Source: Syntrophorhabdales bacterium
Lineage (GTDB): Bacteria; Desulfobacterota; Syntrophorhabdia; Syntrophorhabdales; WCHB1-27
Direction of reading: 5' to 3'
NCBI GenBank assembly: GCA_049521495.1
Contig: JBEKOT010000007.1
Location: forward strand, 1-62,227
DNA length: 62,227 nt
Shown: positions 21,233 through 31,241 of the stretch, piece by piece
Layout: every line of letters starts with the position of its first letter
How positions within the stretch are numbered: position 1 is the first letter of the stretch
The notes under the pieces: model-generated
Databases searched by the model: none
Told to the model about the DNA's origin: nothing
Seen by the model: only the letters and a program-made list of their open reading frames with translations
Translations under genes and position numbers: made by a program

Positions 21233-22289
21233 GAAGAAGCCTCATAACGTCATTGAACGTCGCGAGCACCATAACCGAAACCAGGATGCCCAGGCCCACC
21301 TTCTGCGCTATCTCAACTGCCTTTACCGGGATCTTGCGGCGCACCGCAATCTCTATGAAGGAGAAGATTATGTGGCCGCCGTCGAGGATCGGTATGGGCA
21401 GCAGGTTAATAATGCCGAGGTTGACGCTGATCAGAGCGAGGAAGAAAAGAAAACTGCTCTTCCCGGCCTTCGCCCGCTCGCCTGCCTGCTGGAAGATCAA
21501 CAGGGGACCGCCTACGTTCTTCGCGGAAATACTTCCCTTTATTAGTTTCACTATGCCGACTACCGTCAACTCGGTCATGTTTGCCGTGTCAATGAAGGCC
21601 TTAGACGCTGCGCCGGCCAGAGACTCCCTCTTAATTTCGGCCGTGGGGGCGACCCCTATAAGCTTCGTTTTGCCTACCGTCTCGCCGAAAACGTTTTTCT
21701 CGTCGTGGGGCCTCGGGGTAATCCACACCACTATCGTCCGGCCGCCTCTTCCGATCTCGAACTTCATTGCGCCCCTGTCCGAACTGCTGACGATCTTCTG
21801 GAGGTCGCTCCACTTGGCGACATCCTTTCCGTCGATCCGCAGCACGACATCGCCCGGCTTGAGGCCGGCGGCGTAAGCCGCTTCACCCGGCATTACCTGC
21901 CCTATTTCGGTAGTCGTTGAAGGAACGGGATAGCCGGTGAGGAAGATGACGAAGAAGACCGCCGCTGCGAAGAGGATGTTGAAGAAGGGCCCGGAAAAGG
22001 CGATCAGTATCCTCACGATGGGGGACTTATTGGAGTATGATCGGGCAGCCTCTTCCTCGGGTACTACGTCCTCCGTCGATTCGCCGAGCATCTTGACGTA
22101 TCCGCCGAGGGGCAGGGCGGAAACGACATATTCCGTCTCGCCGCGTTTCAGGGAGAGGAGTTTCCTGCCGAAACCGAGCGAGAAGGTGAGAACCTTCACG
22201 CCGCTCATCCGGGCAACGAGAAAATGGCCGAATTCGTGCACGAATATGAGGATGCTCAGAACGATGATGAAGTAGAGCAGATTAAGCAT
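21222..22289 (-). CDS. rseP: RIP metalloprotease RseP
   Basis: HEFGH, FSLGFG, PLGGYVKM, PDZ domain, NLLPIP.LDGG. Confidence 0.96.
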   Translation of the reverse strand: MLNLLYFIIVLSILIFVHEFGHFLVARMSGVKVLTFSLGFGRKLLSLKRGETEYVVSALPLGGYVKMLGESTEDVVPEEEAARSYSNKSPIVRILIAFSGPFFNILFAAAVFFVIFLTGYPVPSTTTEIGQVMPGEAAYAAGLKPGDVVLRIDGKDVAKWSDLQKIVSSSDRGAMKFEIGRGGRTIVVWITPRPHDEKNVFGETVGKTKLIGVAPTAEIKRESLAGAASKAFIDTANMTELTVVGIVKLIKGSISAKNVGGPLLIFQQAGERAKAGKSSFLFFLALISVNLGIINLLPIPILDGGHIIFSFIEIAVRRKIPVKAVEIAQKVGLGILVSVMVLATFNDVMRLLHVR

Positions 22290-23434
22290 CAATCCTCCTT
22301 AAGGAGCTTTTCCAGGTACTTTTGTGCCCACCCTTGTATCTCCCAGACGGCGTCCAGTTCCTCTATCTCTTTAACGGACGGGTGGTGGGCAAGAGCTTCC
22401 TCGACAAGGCGGGGAATGTCTGTAAAGCCGATCCTCCCGTCGAGAAAAGCGGAAGAGGCAATTTCGTTGGCTACATTGAGAGTGATAAGGGCGCTGTCTC
22501 CGGCAGCCAACGCCTCATAGGCAAGCCTCAGCGCAGGGAAGCGCACGACGTCCGGCGTATGGAAGGTGAGCTTGCCCTGGCCGGCGAGGTCTACCTTGCC
22601 GAAAGGTGCGGCCTTTCGCCGCCCCCCGTTCAAGGCAAAGGCAATGGGGATTCTCATGTCCGGATATGCCAGGTAGGCCAAAAGGGCCCCATCGACGAGA
22701 CAGACAATGCCGTGGACGACGCTCTCCGGATGGACGAGCACGCTGATTTTCTCCGCGCTAACGTCAAAAAGCCAGTGGGCCTCGATGACCTCGAGCCCTT
22801 TGTTCATCAGGGTCGCCGAATCTATCGTCACCTTCCTGCCCATCTGCCAGGTGGGGTGGCAAAGGGCCTGCTCGGTCGTAACATTTCTCAACTCTTCGAC
22901 CGACAAGTCCCTGAAAGGGCCGCCGGAGGCCGTGATGATCAATCCTTCTATATCTTTCCTGTCGACGCCTTCCAGAAGCTGATAGAGCGCCGAATGTTCG
23001 CTGTCAATGGGGAGAAGGACGGCACTGTCCTGCATCGCCAGCCTGGATATCAGCCTCCCCGCCATGACGAGGCTCTCCTTGTTGGCGAGGCCCAGAACCT
23101 TGCCCATCCTGAGCGCCTCGACCGTCGGCTCGAGCCCGATGCTCCCCGGCAAAGCGTTGACGACCATCTCTCCGTCCGTGCCGACGATGTATTTCATACC
23201 CGCCCGGCCCGTCAGCGCCCGGGCCCCTCCGAAGTCTACCTCGCCTGCGAGCTCCTCTTGAAAGAGGCACGCGAAGCGGGGTTTGAACCGCTTTATTTGC
23301 TCGCTGAAAAGCCTGACATTTTCGCGGCAGGCCAGTCCTACGACTTCGAATTCGTCCCGCTGGTTTGCGACCACCTCTAAAGTCGACCGGCCGATCGACC
23401 CCGTGGACCCAAGTATGATGATACCTTTTTTCAT
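22289..23434 (-). CDS. dxr: 1-deoxy-D-xylulose 5-phosphate reductoisomerase
   Basis: LGSTGSIG, LANKESLV, PIDSEH, TASGGPF, DSATLMNKGLE. Confidence 0.97.
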   Translation of the reverse strand: MKKGIIILGSTGSIGRSTLEVVANQRDEFEVVGLACRENVRLFSEQIKRFKPRFACLFQEELAGEVDFGGARALTGRAGMKYIVGTDGEMVVNALPGSIGLEPTVEALRMGKVLGLANKESLVMAGRLISRLAMQDSAVLLPIDSEHSALYQLLEGVDRKDIEGLIITASGGPFRDLSVEELRNVTTEQALCHPTWQMGRKVTIDSATLMNKGLEVIEAHWLFDVSAEKISVLVHPESVVHGIVCLVDGALLAYLAYPDMRIPIAFALNGGRRKAAPFGKVDLAGQGKLTFHTPDVVRFPALRLAYEALAAGDSALITLNVANEIASSAFLDGRIGFTDIPRLVEEALAHHPSVKEIEELDAVWEIQGWAQKYLEKLLKED

Positions 23435-24225
23435 ACCCTGAACCCCGATAAATAGTAGTAAACGAAAGGCGCCGCAAGGATGAAGCTATCAAGCCTGTCG
23501 AGCAGGCCCCCGTGACCCGGAATGAGGCGTGAGGAATCCTTTACCGCGCAAAACCTCTTTGCTACTGACTCGAGTACGTCCCCGAGCTGCCCGAGGAGGC
23601 CGACTATGAGACCCATGCCGACCGAAGCGACGGCGGACAGGCCTAAAACGCCCCTGAAGGCCAGTGTCAAGAGTACAGCCCCCGCCAATGCGCCCAGCAG
23701 ACCTTCATAGGTTTTCTTCGGGCTTATGAGGGGTGCCAGCTTGTGGCGTCCTGCGCTTCGCCCTATGAGATAGGCGCCGGTGTCGCTCGCCCATATGGCG
23801 AGGACGAGAACGAGCGGAGCCAGGCGGTCGATTTCCCTGAGGCGATAAAGGAAGAAAAGAGGCAGGGCAAGAAAAACTTCCGCCAGTACCAGAACGGCCA
23901 CGGACGTCCCGATCTCCCTGATAGCCGAAAGCTCCTCGCGGCTCCTGGCGGCCATCCTGAAGACGAGATAGGCCGCCGGCGACAAGAGAAGCCAGACGGG
24001 GTACATGGACAGGCCGAAATAGAGGGGCACGAGGGTAAGAGCAGCCAGCGCGGTGATCACTTCCCGGTTCGCCGCTTGCGCCATGGATGAGAATTCGTAT
24101 GCCGCCAACACTAGAACGCATCCGATGAACCCCAAAAAGAGTTTTACCGGCAGGAAAAGGAACAGGACCACGACGAGGGGACCGATGACCAGGGCGGAAA
24201 AAAATCTCTTCCGGAGTTCCCCCAC
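23431..24225 (-). CDS. cdsA: Phosphatidate cytidylyltransferase
   Basis: WASDTGAY, ISPKKTYEG, GD..ES..KR...VKDS...PGHGG.LDR.DS. Confidence 0.95.
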   Translation of the reverse strand: MGELRKRFFSALVIGPLVVVLFLFLPVKLFLGFIGCVLVLAAYEFSSMAQAANREVITALAALTLVPLYFGLSMYPVWLLLSPAAYLVFRMAARSREELSAIREIGTSVAVLVLAEVFLALPLFFLYRLREIDRLAPLVLVLAIWASDTGAYLIGRSAGRHKLAPLISPKKTYEGLLGALAGAVLLTLAFRGVLGLSAVASVGMGLIVGLLGQLGDVLESVAKRFCAVKDSSRLIPGHGGLLDRLDSFILAAPFVYYYLSGFRV

Positions 24226-24942
24226 TTAAACCGCCTTCAGGCTGCCAAACCTTCTCTTTCTGCCCATAAACTCCTTCAAAGCCTTCTGATAAGCCTCCCT
24301 CCTGAAGTCCGGCCACAGCGTTTCGGTCACGTATATCTCGGTATACGCCATCTGCCAAAGAAGAAAATTGCTAAGCCTCATCTCTCCGCTCGTCCTGATG
24401 AGAAGGTCGGGGTCGGGCATACCGGCCGTATACAGGCACTTGCCGAAGCTTTCCGCGTCTATGCCCTTCTCGTCACCTCTGGCGACTGCATCCGCTACCA
24501 TCCTGGCGGCCCGGAGGATCTCTTCCCTGCCGCTGTAGGAAAGGGCAATATTAAGGACCAAAGACATGTTCGCCGCGGTCTTCTCCATAACGCTTCCGAG
24601 TTGCTCCTGCAACGCCCCGGGAAGATCGCTTATAGCGCCTATAGCATTGAACCTCACGTCTTTTTCCATCATCAGGGGAAGTTCTTTTTCGAGATAGACA
24701 GCCAAAAGCTCGAGGAGCCCCTTTACCTCGCTCCTCGGTCTCGTCCAGTTTTCCCTTGAAAAAGCATAAAGGGTCAGGTAAGGGATGGCAAGCTCTCTCG
24801 TTACAGTAACTACATCCCGCACCGACCCTATGCCCGCAATATGCCCTTCGACCCTGGGCAGCGCCCGGCTCCTCGCCCATCTTCCGTTGCCGTCCATGAT
24901 GACCGCAACATGACTGGGGAGCTTTGCCTTATTGAGGTCCAT
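24226..24942 (-). CDS. uppS: Undecaprenyl/isoprenyl diphosphate synthase
   Basis: HVAVIMDGNGRWA, YAFSRENW.RP, DLLIRTSGE.RLSNF. Confidence 0.97.
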   Translation of the reverse strand: MDLNKAKLPSHVAVIMDGNGRWARSRALPRVEGHIAGIGSVRDVVTVTRELAIPYLTLYAFSRENWTRPRSEVKGLLELLAVYLEKELPLMMEKDVRFNAIGAISDLPGALQEQLGSVMEKTAANMSLVLNIALSYSGREEILRAARMVADAVARGDEKGIDAESFGKCLYTAGMPDPDLLIRTSGEMRLSNFLLWQMAYTEIYVTETLWPDFRREAYQKALKEFMGRKRRFGSLKAV

Positions 24943-24947
24943 ATCGG

Positions 24948-25505
24948 TCAGATCTCAAGGATCTCCTTTTCCTTCTCGGAGTAAATGCCCTCGGCCGCAC
25001 CGACGTACCTGTCCGTGGTTTTCTGTACCTCCTCCTGCAGCTTAAAGGCCTCATCTTTCGAAAGAGCCTTGTCTTTTTCCATTTTCTTCAGCTTTTCGTT
25101 TGTTTCTCTTCTCACATTGCGCATGGCCACCTTTGTCGTCTCCAGCATCTTACCGCCCAATTTCACCAGTTCCTTTCTCCGTTCCTCCGTGAGGCGCGGA
25201 AAAACAAGACGTATCACCTTCCCGTCGGACATGGGATTGACGCCGAGGTCCGACTTCTGGATGGCCTTCTCTATCTCCCCTATTGAAGATGAATCCCATG
25301 GCTGAATGGTAATGGTCCTGGAATCAGGCGCCGCAATGGTCGCTATCTGGTTGAGGGGGGTTGCCTGGCCGTAGTAGGCTACCCTTATGTCTTCGAGAAG
25401 TGAGATCGACGCCACCCCCGTTCGCAGCTTGGAGAGGTCTTTCTTGAGGGTATTCATCGATTTCTTAAGCTTTTCCTCGAATTCCGCGATCACCTCGCTT
25501 GCCAT
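24948..25505 (-). CDS. frr: Ribosome recycling factor
   Basis: LRTG.AS, IQPWD, IEKAI..SDLGVNP, LTEERRKEL. Confidence 0.97.
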   Translation of the reverse strand: MASEVIAEFEEKLKKSMNTLKKDLSKLRTGVASISLLEDIRVAYYGQATPLNQIATIAAPDSRTITIQPWDSSSIGEIEKAIQKSDLGVNPMSDGKVIRLVFPRLTEERRKELVKLGGKMLETTKVAMRNVRRETNEKLKKMEKDKALSKDEAFKLQEEVQKTTDRYVGAAEGIYSEKEKEILEI

Positions 25506-25509
25506 ATAT

Positions 25510-26217
25510 TCACCCCCTCACAATAGTGCCTGTAGGTTCACCGAGAACAACGCGCCTCATGTTGCCTCTTTGCCTCAGATTAAAAACTATGACGGGCAGG
25601 CTGTTTTGCATACAAAGAGATATGGCCGTCGCATCCATCACTGCAAGGTTCCGCCTGAGCGCTTCCATGTAGGTGATCTCCGGGAAAAAGACCGCGTCGC
25701 CATGCTTCTCCGGGTCCCTGTCGTAGACCCCGTTCACTTTCGTCGCCTTGAGCATCACCTCGGCATCGATCTCGACGGCACGGAGTGCGGCCGCGGTGTC
25801 CGTCGTGAAGAAGGGGTTTCCCGTCCCCCCGGCGAATATTACGATCCGCCCCTCCCGGAGGTGTCGTAACGCCGTCCTCCTCACGTACGGCTCAGCCACG
25901 GGTCCTATAACCAGGGCGCTCTGCACCCGCACGGGCACGTCGAGTTTTTCCAGCCGGGCTTGGAGGGCGAGGCTGTTCATGACAGTCGCGATCATACCCA
26001 TGTAATCGCCGGTGACCCTGTCAATGCCCTGCCCTTCGGCGCGCATGCCCCTGTAAATGTTTCCGCCGCCGATGACGACTGCCAGCTCGACGCCTGTCTC
26101 CCTGACGCCCCTAATCTCATCGGCGATTTCGCCCAGGGTCTCCGGGTCGATGCCGTAGCCCTCCTTTCCCATGAGGGCCTCGCCGCTCAATTTGAGAAGA
26201 ATCCTCTTATAGGCCAT
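25510..26217 (-). CDS. pyrH: Uridylate kinase
   Basis: [27 protein letters not shown]. Confidence 0.98.
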   Translation of the reverse strand: MAYKRILLKLSGEALMGKEGYGIDPETLGEIADEIRGVRETGVELAVVIGGGNIYRGMRAEGQGIDRVTGDYMGMIATVMNSLALQARLEKLDVPVRVQSALVIGPVAEPYVRRTALRHLREGRIVIFAGGTGNPFFTTDTAAALRAVEIDAEVMLKATKVNGVYDRDPEKHGDAVFFPEITYMEALRRNLAVMDATAISLCMQNSLPVIVFNLRQRGNMRRVVLGEPTGTIVRG

Positions 26218-26218
26218 T

Positions 26219-26824
26219 CTATTGTTCGACCGTCTCGCCCAACTGGTACCTCACGAACCTTCTCACCAGTATGTTCTCACCCATCTTTGAGATGAGGTCT
26301 TCGAGCAGCCCTTTCACGGAGACGTCGGGATTCTTTATGAACGGCTGATCGAGGAGGCAGACTTCCTCATAGAATTTCTCAAGTTTACCCTCGGCGATCT
26401 TGTCGAGGATCTTATCGGGCTTTCCTGCCTCTTTTGCCTGCTTCCTGTAAATGTTCTTTTCCTTCTCGCGCACCTCTTCGGGGACGTCTTCCCTTTTTAC
26501 ATAGATCGGGTTCGCCGCGGTCACCTGCATGGCCACGTCCTTCGCAAAGGTCTGAAACTGGTCAGTTTTGGCGACGAAATCCGTTTCGCAGTTCACCTCC
26601 ACCATTGTGGCTATCTTTCCGCCCATATGGATATAGACCGCGACCGTCCCTTCCGTAGCGGCCCTGCCTACTCTTTTCTGAGCCTTCGCTAGACCCTTCT
26701 CGCGTAGGTAATCTACAGCTTTATCCATGTTCCCGCCCGCGAACTTGAGGGCCTCTTTGCAATCCATCAGACCGACGCCGGTCTTCTCCCTCAGCGTCTT
26801 TACCTGCCCCGCCGTTATCTCCAT
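26219..26824 (-). CDS. tsf: Elongation factor Ts (short type)
   Basis: [28 protein letters not shown]. Confidence 0.98.
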   Translation of the reverse strand: MEITAGQVKTLREKTGVGLMDCKEALKFAGGNMDKAVDYLREKGLAKAQKRVGRAATEGTVAVYIHMGGKIATMVEVNCETDFVAKTDQFQTFAKDVAMQVTAANPIYVKREDVPEEVREKEKNIYRKQAKEAGKPDKILDKIAEGKLEKFYEEVCLLDQPFIKNPDVSVKGLLEDLISKMGENILVRRFVRYQLGETVEQ

Positions 26825-27627
26825 CAATAGCCTCCTCCTTCTCCTTCTCCAAAACCAGCCTCATACTTCTGCCCCAGGACGCTCTCGTCGATGAAAGGCT
26901 TCGGTCCTTCCTTCTCCTCTTCCTTGCCCTGGAATTCTTCCACATAAAGCGCCCTGCCTTCGAGCACGGCGTCGGCGATCTTCGAAGTGATCAGTTTGAT
27001 GGCCCTTATGGCGTCGTCGTTCCCCGGAATGATGAAATCGATATCGTCGGGGTCGCAGTTCGTGTCAACGATGCCGACCGTAGGTATTCCCAATTTTCTG
27101 GCCTCATTTACTGCTATGTACTCCTTCTTCGGGTCCACGATATAGATCGCGCCCGGAAGTCTCTCCATATCCTTTATGCCGCCCAGATGTTTTTCGAGCT
27201 TCCCTATCTCGCGATCTATGCTCAGGGCCTCCTTCTTCGGAAGGACCTTGAAGATATCGCTCCCTTTAAGCTCTTCATACTTCCTCAGCCTGTCGATGCT
27301 CTTCTCTATGGTCTGGTAATTGGTCAACGTCCCTCCGAGCCACCTCACGTTCACGTGGAAGGCGCCACACCGCCTGGCCTCTTCGACGATGGCCTCCTGG
27401 GCCTGCTTTTTCGTACCTACGAATAGGACGTAATCGTTCCGGGAAGCGACCTCTTTGACGAAGTTGTAAGCCTCCTTGAACATCTTCAGCGTCTTCTGCA
27501 GGTCGATAATGTAGATGCCGTTTCTGGCCCCGAAGATGTACGGTTTCATCTTCGGGTTCCAGCGCTTTGTCTGGTGTCCGAAATGGACGCCGGCCTCAAG
27601 CAATTGTTTGATGGTTAGATTAGACAT
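26824..27627 (-). CDS. rpsB: 30S ribosomal protein S2
   Basis: [27 protein letters not shown]; start MSNL at 27627 after AGGAGG. Confidence 0.98.
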   Translation of the reverse strand: MSNLTIKQLLEAGVHFGHQTKRWNPKMKPYIFGARNGIYIIDLQKTLKMFKEAYNFVKEVASRNDYVLFVGTKKQAQEAIVEEARRCGAFHVNVRWLGGTLTNYQTIEKSIDRLRKYEELKGSDIFKVLPKKEALSIDREIGKLEKHLGGIKDMERLPGAIYIVDPKKEYIAVNEARKLGIPTVGIVDTNCDPDDIDFIIPGNDDAIRAIKLITSKIADAVLEGRALYVEEFQGKEEEKEGPKPFIDESVLGQKYEAGFGEGEGGGY

Positions 27628-27725
27628 CGGACCTCCTGGTTTTGTCTTCCGCCTTTCGCGCTTCGGCCCGAGACACGAAGAGCCGTGCACCCTCTGCCGA
27701 TTGAAAGGCGTGCAGAATAACGAGC
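27628..27725 (-). promoter_or_regulatory. rpsB 5' leader, likely S2 autogenous-control structure
   Basis: GCCTTTC...GAAAGGC long-range stem (27651-27709) followed by GACAAAACC-AGGAGG; resembles known rpsB leaders. Confidence 0.55.
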
Positions 27726-27732
27726 AGCCTTC

Positions 27733-27761
27733 AGTATACAATGAACATGGGTATTTCTCAA
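27733..27761 (-). promoter_or_regulatory. Sigma70 promoter of the rpsB-tsf operon
   Basis: TTGAGA-17 nt-TATACT. Confidence 0.7.
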
Positions 27762-27834
27762 GAAGAAATTCGGCGAGCCGCCTGCCGCGGGTATGTAAAG
27801 GAAAACAATGCGGTGAGTCCACCGCCTCTACGCC

Positions 27835-27863
27835 TTGTCCTTGCCGCCGTTCCGGCCTATAAT
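27835..27863 (+). promoter_or_regulatory. Sigma70 promoter of the GT9 gene (divergent from rpsB)
   Basis: TTGTCC-17 nt-TATAAT, ATG 7 nt downstream. Confidence 0.6.
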
Positions 27864-27869
27864 TGTACG

Positions 27870-28685
27870 ATGTCGAGGGATCAGTCGCAAGAGCGAGGGG
27901 CGGGCCTGCTCGTCCACCTCGGGGGTCTTGGAGACGTTTGTCTTTCCGAATCGACGATCCTCTCGGTCGAGCTTCAATTCGGCAGGCTTCGGGCAGTGGG
28001 CAACAAGCCGGTCCTCGATGTGTTCCGCGAGTACTTCACGGGTGTAGACTCGGCGGACAGGAGGAGTCAGGCCTATCTCTTTTCCGATTCGGCCCCCGGG
28101 CCGTTTTTGCAAAGGGTTATTTACATAGGCAAAGACCGGCTGGGATTCTTCAGGAAGGGGCTTGAAAGGCTTGCGGACGAGATCTTCTTCATCGACATGT
28201 ACCCCGAGGGGCGCGCCGTCCCCGTGGAAGACTACCAGCTCGAGCAGATTTCCCGGTACGGAATAAAGCCGGTAAGAAAGAAGACGGAGAGAAAGACGGG
28301 AAGGCTCGTCATTCTTTACCCGGAGAGACCTTACAAGAAAAAAAAGTGGCCTGTCGCCCGGTTCTGTGAGGTCTGGGAGCATCTAAGGACGCAGGACGTG
28401 GAGGTTTTGCTCATGCGCCAGCCCGGTCTCGATCTATCCGGTCTCCCTTCCTTCTCCTTCGAGCGGCTTTCCGATATTGCGGCCTTTTTCTCCCAGGGGG
28501 GCATCTTTGTTTCCAATGACTCGGGAATGGCTCACTTCGCCGCCCGGTGCGGCCTGCTCCCGATTACCCTGTTCTTCGACGCAGATCCGGTCGTATGGCG
28601 CCCCAGAGGCGGCAAGATCATAGACTGCGCAGGCGGACCGCCTCCGGTTGAAGAGATCGCGCGCCTGATTGCAGCCGCCCTCTAA
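27870..28685 (+). CDS. Glycosyltransferase family 9 (heptosyltransferase-like)
   Basis: HLGGLGDV N-terminal motif; K.WP...F; [18 protein letters not shown]; W.P. Confidence 0.8.
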   Translation: MSRDQSQERGAGLLVHLGGLGDVCLSESTILSVELQFGRLRAVGNKPVLDVFREYFTGVDSADRRSQAYLFSDSAPGPFLQRVIYIGKDRLGFFRKGLERLADEIFFIDMYPEGRAVPVEDYQLEQISRYGIKPVRKKTERKTGRLVILYPERPYKKKKWPVARFCEVWEHLRTQDVEVLLMRQPGLDLSGLPSFSFERLSDIAAFFSQGGIFVSNDSGMAHFAARCGLLPITLFFDADPVVWRPRGGKIIDCAGGPPPVEEIARLIAAAL

Positions 28686-30040
28686 GGCCTTGTCTGCTGT
28701 TTCTTATCCCGGGGTGATTTCATCACATCGAGGAGCCTAAGGACACCTTCCGCTTCCTTGGAATTTATGCCGTACTTGGCTACGGCCTTTTCAAGGTTGA
28801 CCTTTGCGGCCTGGTATCTGCCTGTCTCAAAGTAGTAGCGGCCGAGGTACTCGTACCCGCCGCCCTCGTTGCCCTGCCTCCCTAATACCATCCCCATCCT
28901 CTGGTCGATCTCGGGAAAGGTTTCAGCGTAGGGGGCCAATTCATTGAGCACGGTCCCGGCCATGGCGAGGTCGCCAAGTCCCTCGTATGCCTTAGCGAGG
29001 TAGAACCGGGCCACAGGATGGGTCTCGTTGCGCAAGACCGCAATGGCCTCCTTGAACCGGCGGCCTGCGACGTAGAACTCACCAATAAAGAGCGGCGTGT
29101 GGGGTGAATCTATTGTCTTTACCATAGCCACTGCCTTGTCCGTATCCCCTTTGAGCGAATAAACGAGGCCTGCTCCATAGACGCTGACCGGGTCTTTCGG
29201 GTCTTTCTGGTATTTTTTCAACCATATTTCCTCGTTCTGCGCGCCCAGGGGCTTGCCGATAATCTGGAGCCTCGCCACCACGAAAGGGAACAGGGACACG
29301 TCCACCCTGGTCTTCCTCGACTTTGCCATCTCCTGTATCTTGACGACCCTGTCTTCCGAGTAAGGGTGGGTGAGCAGGTATTGAGGCATCGTTTTCTCAA
29401 GCCCCGTGCTCGCAAGCCTCTTCAGGAGGTCGGCGCTGCCGGCGCCGTCGTACCCAGCATTCTGCGTCTTTTCGACGCCACCCTTGTCAGCCTCCTCCTC
29501 GGCCTCCCTGGTGTATTTCAGCGAAAGCGCCTGGCCCGCCCCCATGCTGCCCGTCATTACGGCGGCTTTCAGGGCCGGGTTGGGGACCAGCATGCCGAGA
29601 AGCATCGTCGCCAGCGACGCATAGCTTATGGGCTTTTCCTTTTCCATCGTCCTGGACACGTGGCGATTTCCTACGTGCGTGAACTCGTGGCCGAGGATCC
29701 CCGCGATCTCATCCTCCCTATCGGCCTGCTCCAGGATGCCCGTCGTCACATACACGTAGCCCCCTATCATGGCGAACGCGTCGAGGGTGGGCGTGTCTAT
29801 GATGCTGAGCTTTATGGGGAAGGGCAGGTCCGAAACCGCCTCGAGCCTCCTCTTGACGATCGCCATCTCGATGCAGACGTAGGGATCGGAGTAGAGCCTC
29901 GCGGACCTTACAATTTCGAGGTACGTTTCCCTGCCGTACTTGCTCTCCTCATCCAGGGTCAACGCCCACGAGGACAGGGGGAAAAAGCAGAGGGCAAGGA
30001 CGGCTATGACACGCTTGAAGCTTATCAGACCCTTCTGAAT
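28682..30040 (-). CDS. M48 family metalloprotease with TPRs (BepA/YfgC-like); true start upstream of the track start
   Basis: AFAMIGG.VYVTTG, EIAGILGHEFTH, YTREAEEEAD, YLLTHP; signal peptide lies upstream of TTG 29962 (see findings). Confidence 0.85.
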   Translation of the reverse strand: MQKGLISFKRVIAVLALCFFPLSSWALTLDEESKYGRETYLEIVRSARLYSDPYVCIEMAIVKRRLEAVSDLPFPIKLSIIDTPTLDAFAMIGGYVYVTTGILEQADREDEIAGILGHEFTHVGNRHVSRTMEKEKPISYASLATMLLGMLVPNPALKAAVMTGSMGAGQALSLKYTREAEEEADKGGVEKTQNAGYDGAGSADLLKRLASTGLEKTMPQYLLTHPYSEDRVVKIQEMAKSRKTRVDVSLFPFVVARLQIIGKPLGAQNEEIWLKKYQKDPKDPVSVYGAGLVYSLKGDTDKAVAMVKTIDSPHTPLFIGEFYVAGRRFKEAIAVLRNETHPVARFYLAKAYEGLGDLAMAGTVLNELAPYAETFPEIDQRMGMVLGRQGNEGGGYEYLGRYYFETGRYQAAKVNLEKAVAKYGINSKEAEGVLRLLDVMKSPRDKKQQTRP

Positions 30041-31005
30041 CTGGTGCGTCTCCTTTTTTTGGCCTTTCTGAGCTTCTTTTTACCTGAGGTTTTTTTCTCT
30101 TTTTTCAGGCTGCAGGAGGAGAGCCTGATCTTTTTCTGGTTCCCGAGCCCATACGTAGTCAGGACGACGCTGCTCGCCTTAACAAGCGATATCTCCCGCT
30201 GGCTTGGCACTTCCTGGTATATCTGCTGCAGGATATCGACCGCATCCGCCCACAGATTCTTGCTTCCGAGCATTGAGAGGATGTAGACCTTACCGTCCTT
30301 CTCGAAGGCGCCCACGTAGCAATGTTTCGACGCATGGGTGAACCCCGTCTTCCCTCCTATGGACGGGGCGAAGCAGAAGAGGAGGCGGTTGTGATTCATG
30401 TATTTTATGTCCTCATTGCCCCTCTTGAAGAGGAAGTACTTCATACCGATTATTTCCTGAAACCTTTTATTCTGCAAAGCATAACGAAAGATAAGGGCGA
30501 GGTCGTAGGCAGACATGTAGTGCCCAGGCTCGTAGAGGCCGGAGGCGTTCTCGAAATGGCTCTCCGTCGCGCCTATTTCACGGGCCTTTTCATTCATCAT
30601 CTCGGCGAACCGCTCCTCGCTCCCCGCTACTGCAAGCGCCAGGGAGTAAGCAGCGTCGTTCGCCGACTCGACCATGGCACCCGTGATAAGATCTATCGCC
30701 CTGTAAGGCCGGCCGGGAAAAAGACTCAGCTTAGAGGCCGGAATGGAAAGCACTTTCTTCGTCGGCACGACGCTGTCTTCCTCCCCGAGGTGCTCGAGGG
30801 CGAGTATGGCGGTCATCACCTTTGTGGTGCTCGCAGGCGGAAGAGGTGTATGGTAGTTCTTTCCCGCGATTACGGCAAAAGAATCCCTCTCTACGAGCAG
30901 ATAGGAATCTGCGGTAATATCCGTCGCCTCGGAAGCGAAGAGGGATAATGGGAAAACCAGAAGAAAGAAAAGAAATGCCCGCTTCACAATTTCTTTATAT
31001 ACCAT
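30025..31005 (-). CDS. D-alanyl-D-alanine carboxypeptidase (peptidase S11)
   Basis: ASTTK (SxxK), SAN (SxN), KTG, ENASGL; K/R-rich tail. Confidence 0.92.
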   Translation of the reverse strand: MVYKEIVKRAFLFFLLVFPLSLFASEATDITADSYLLVERDSFAVIAGKNYHTPLPPASTTKVMTAILALEHLGEEDSVVPTKKVLSIPASKLSLFPGRPYRAIDLITGAMVESANDAAYSLALAVAGSEERFAEMMNEKAREIGATESHFENASGLYEPGHYMSAYDLALIFRYALQNKRFQEIIGMKYFLFKRGNEDIKYMNHNRLLFCFAPSIGGKTGFTHASKHCYVGAFEKDGKVYILSMLGSKNLWADAVDILQQIYQEVPSQREISLVKASSVVLTTYGLGNQKKIRLSSCSLKKEKKTSGKKKLRKAKKRRRTRFRRV

Positions 31006-31241
31006 GTTCGCGCTTTAAGCAATACCTTTCGCCAATTTTGTCATAGTTTCCTGGTTTCATCGTCGCAGGAGTATATACGGGCAGTGCCGTATTTTCAAGC
31101 AATAATTTCTAGAGCCGAATCGCCTCTATAAGCTTGTCCGGAGCGCCTTTCTCGCAGGTCGACGGCAAAACTACACGCGGAAAGAGCGGCTCCATTTGTA
31201 GGCACTTTCACTTTCCCAGCCCTTATAGTATCATTTTGATC

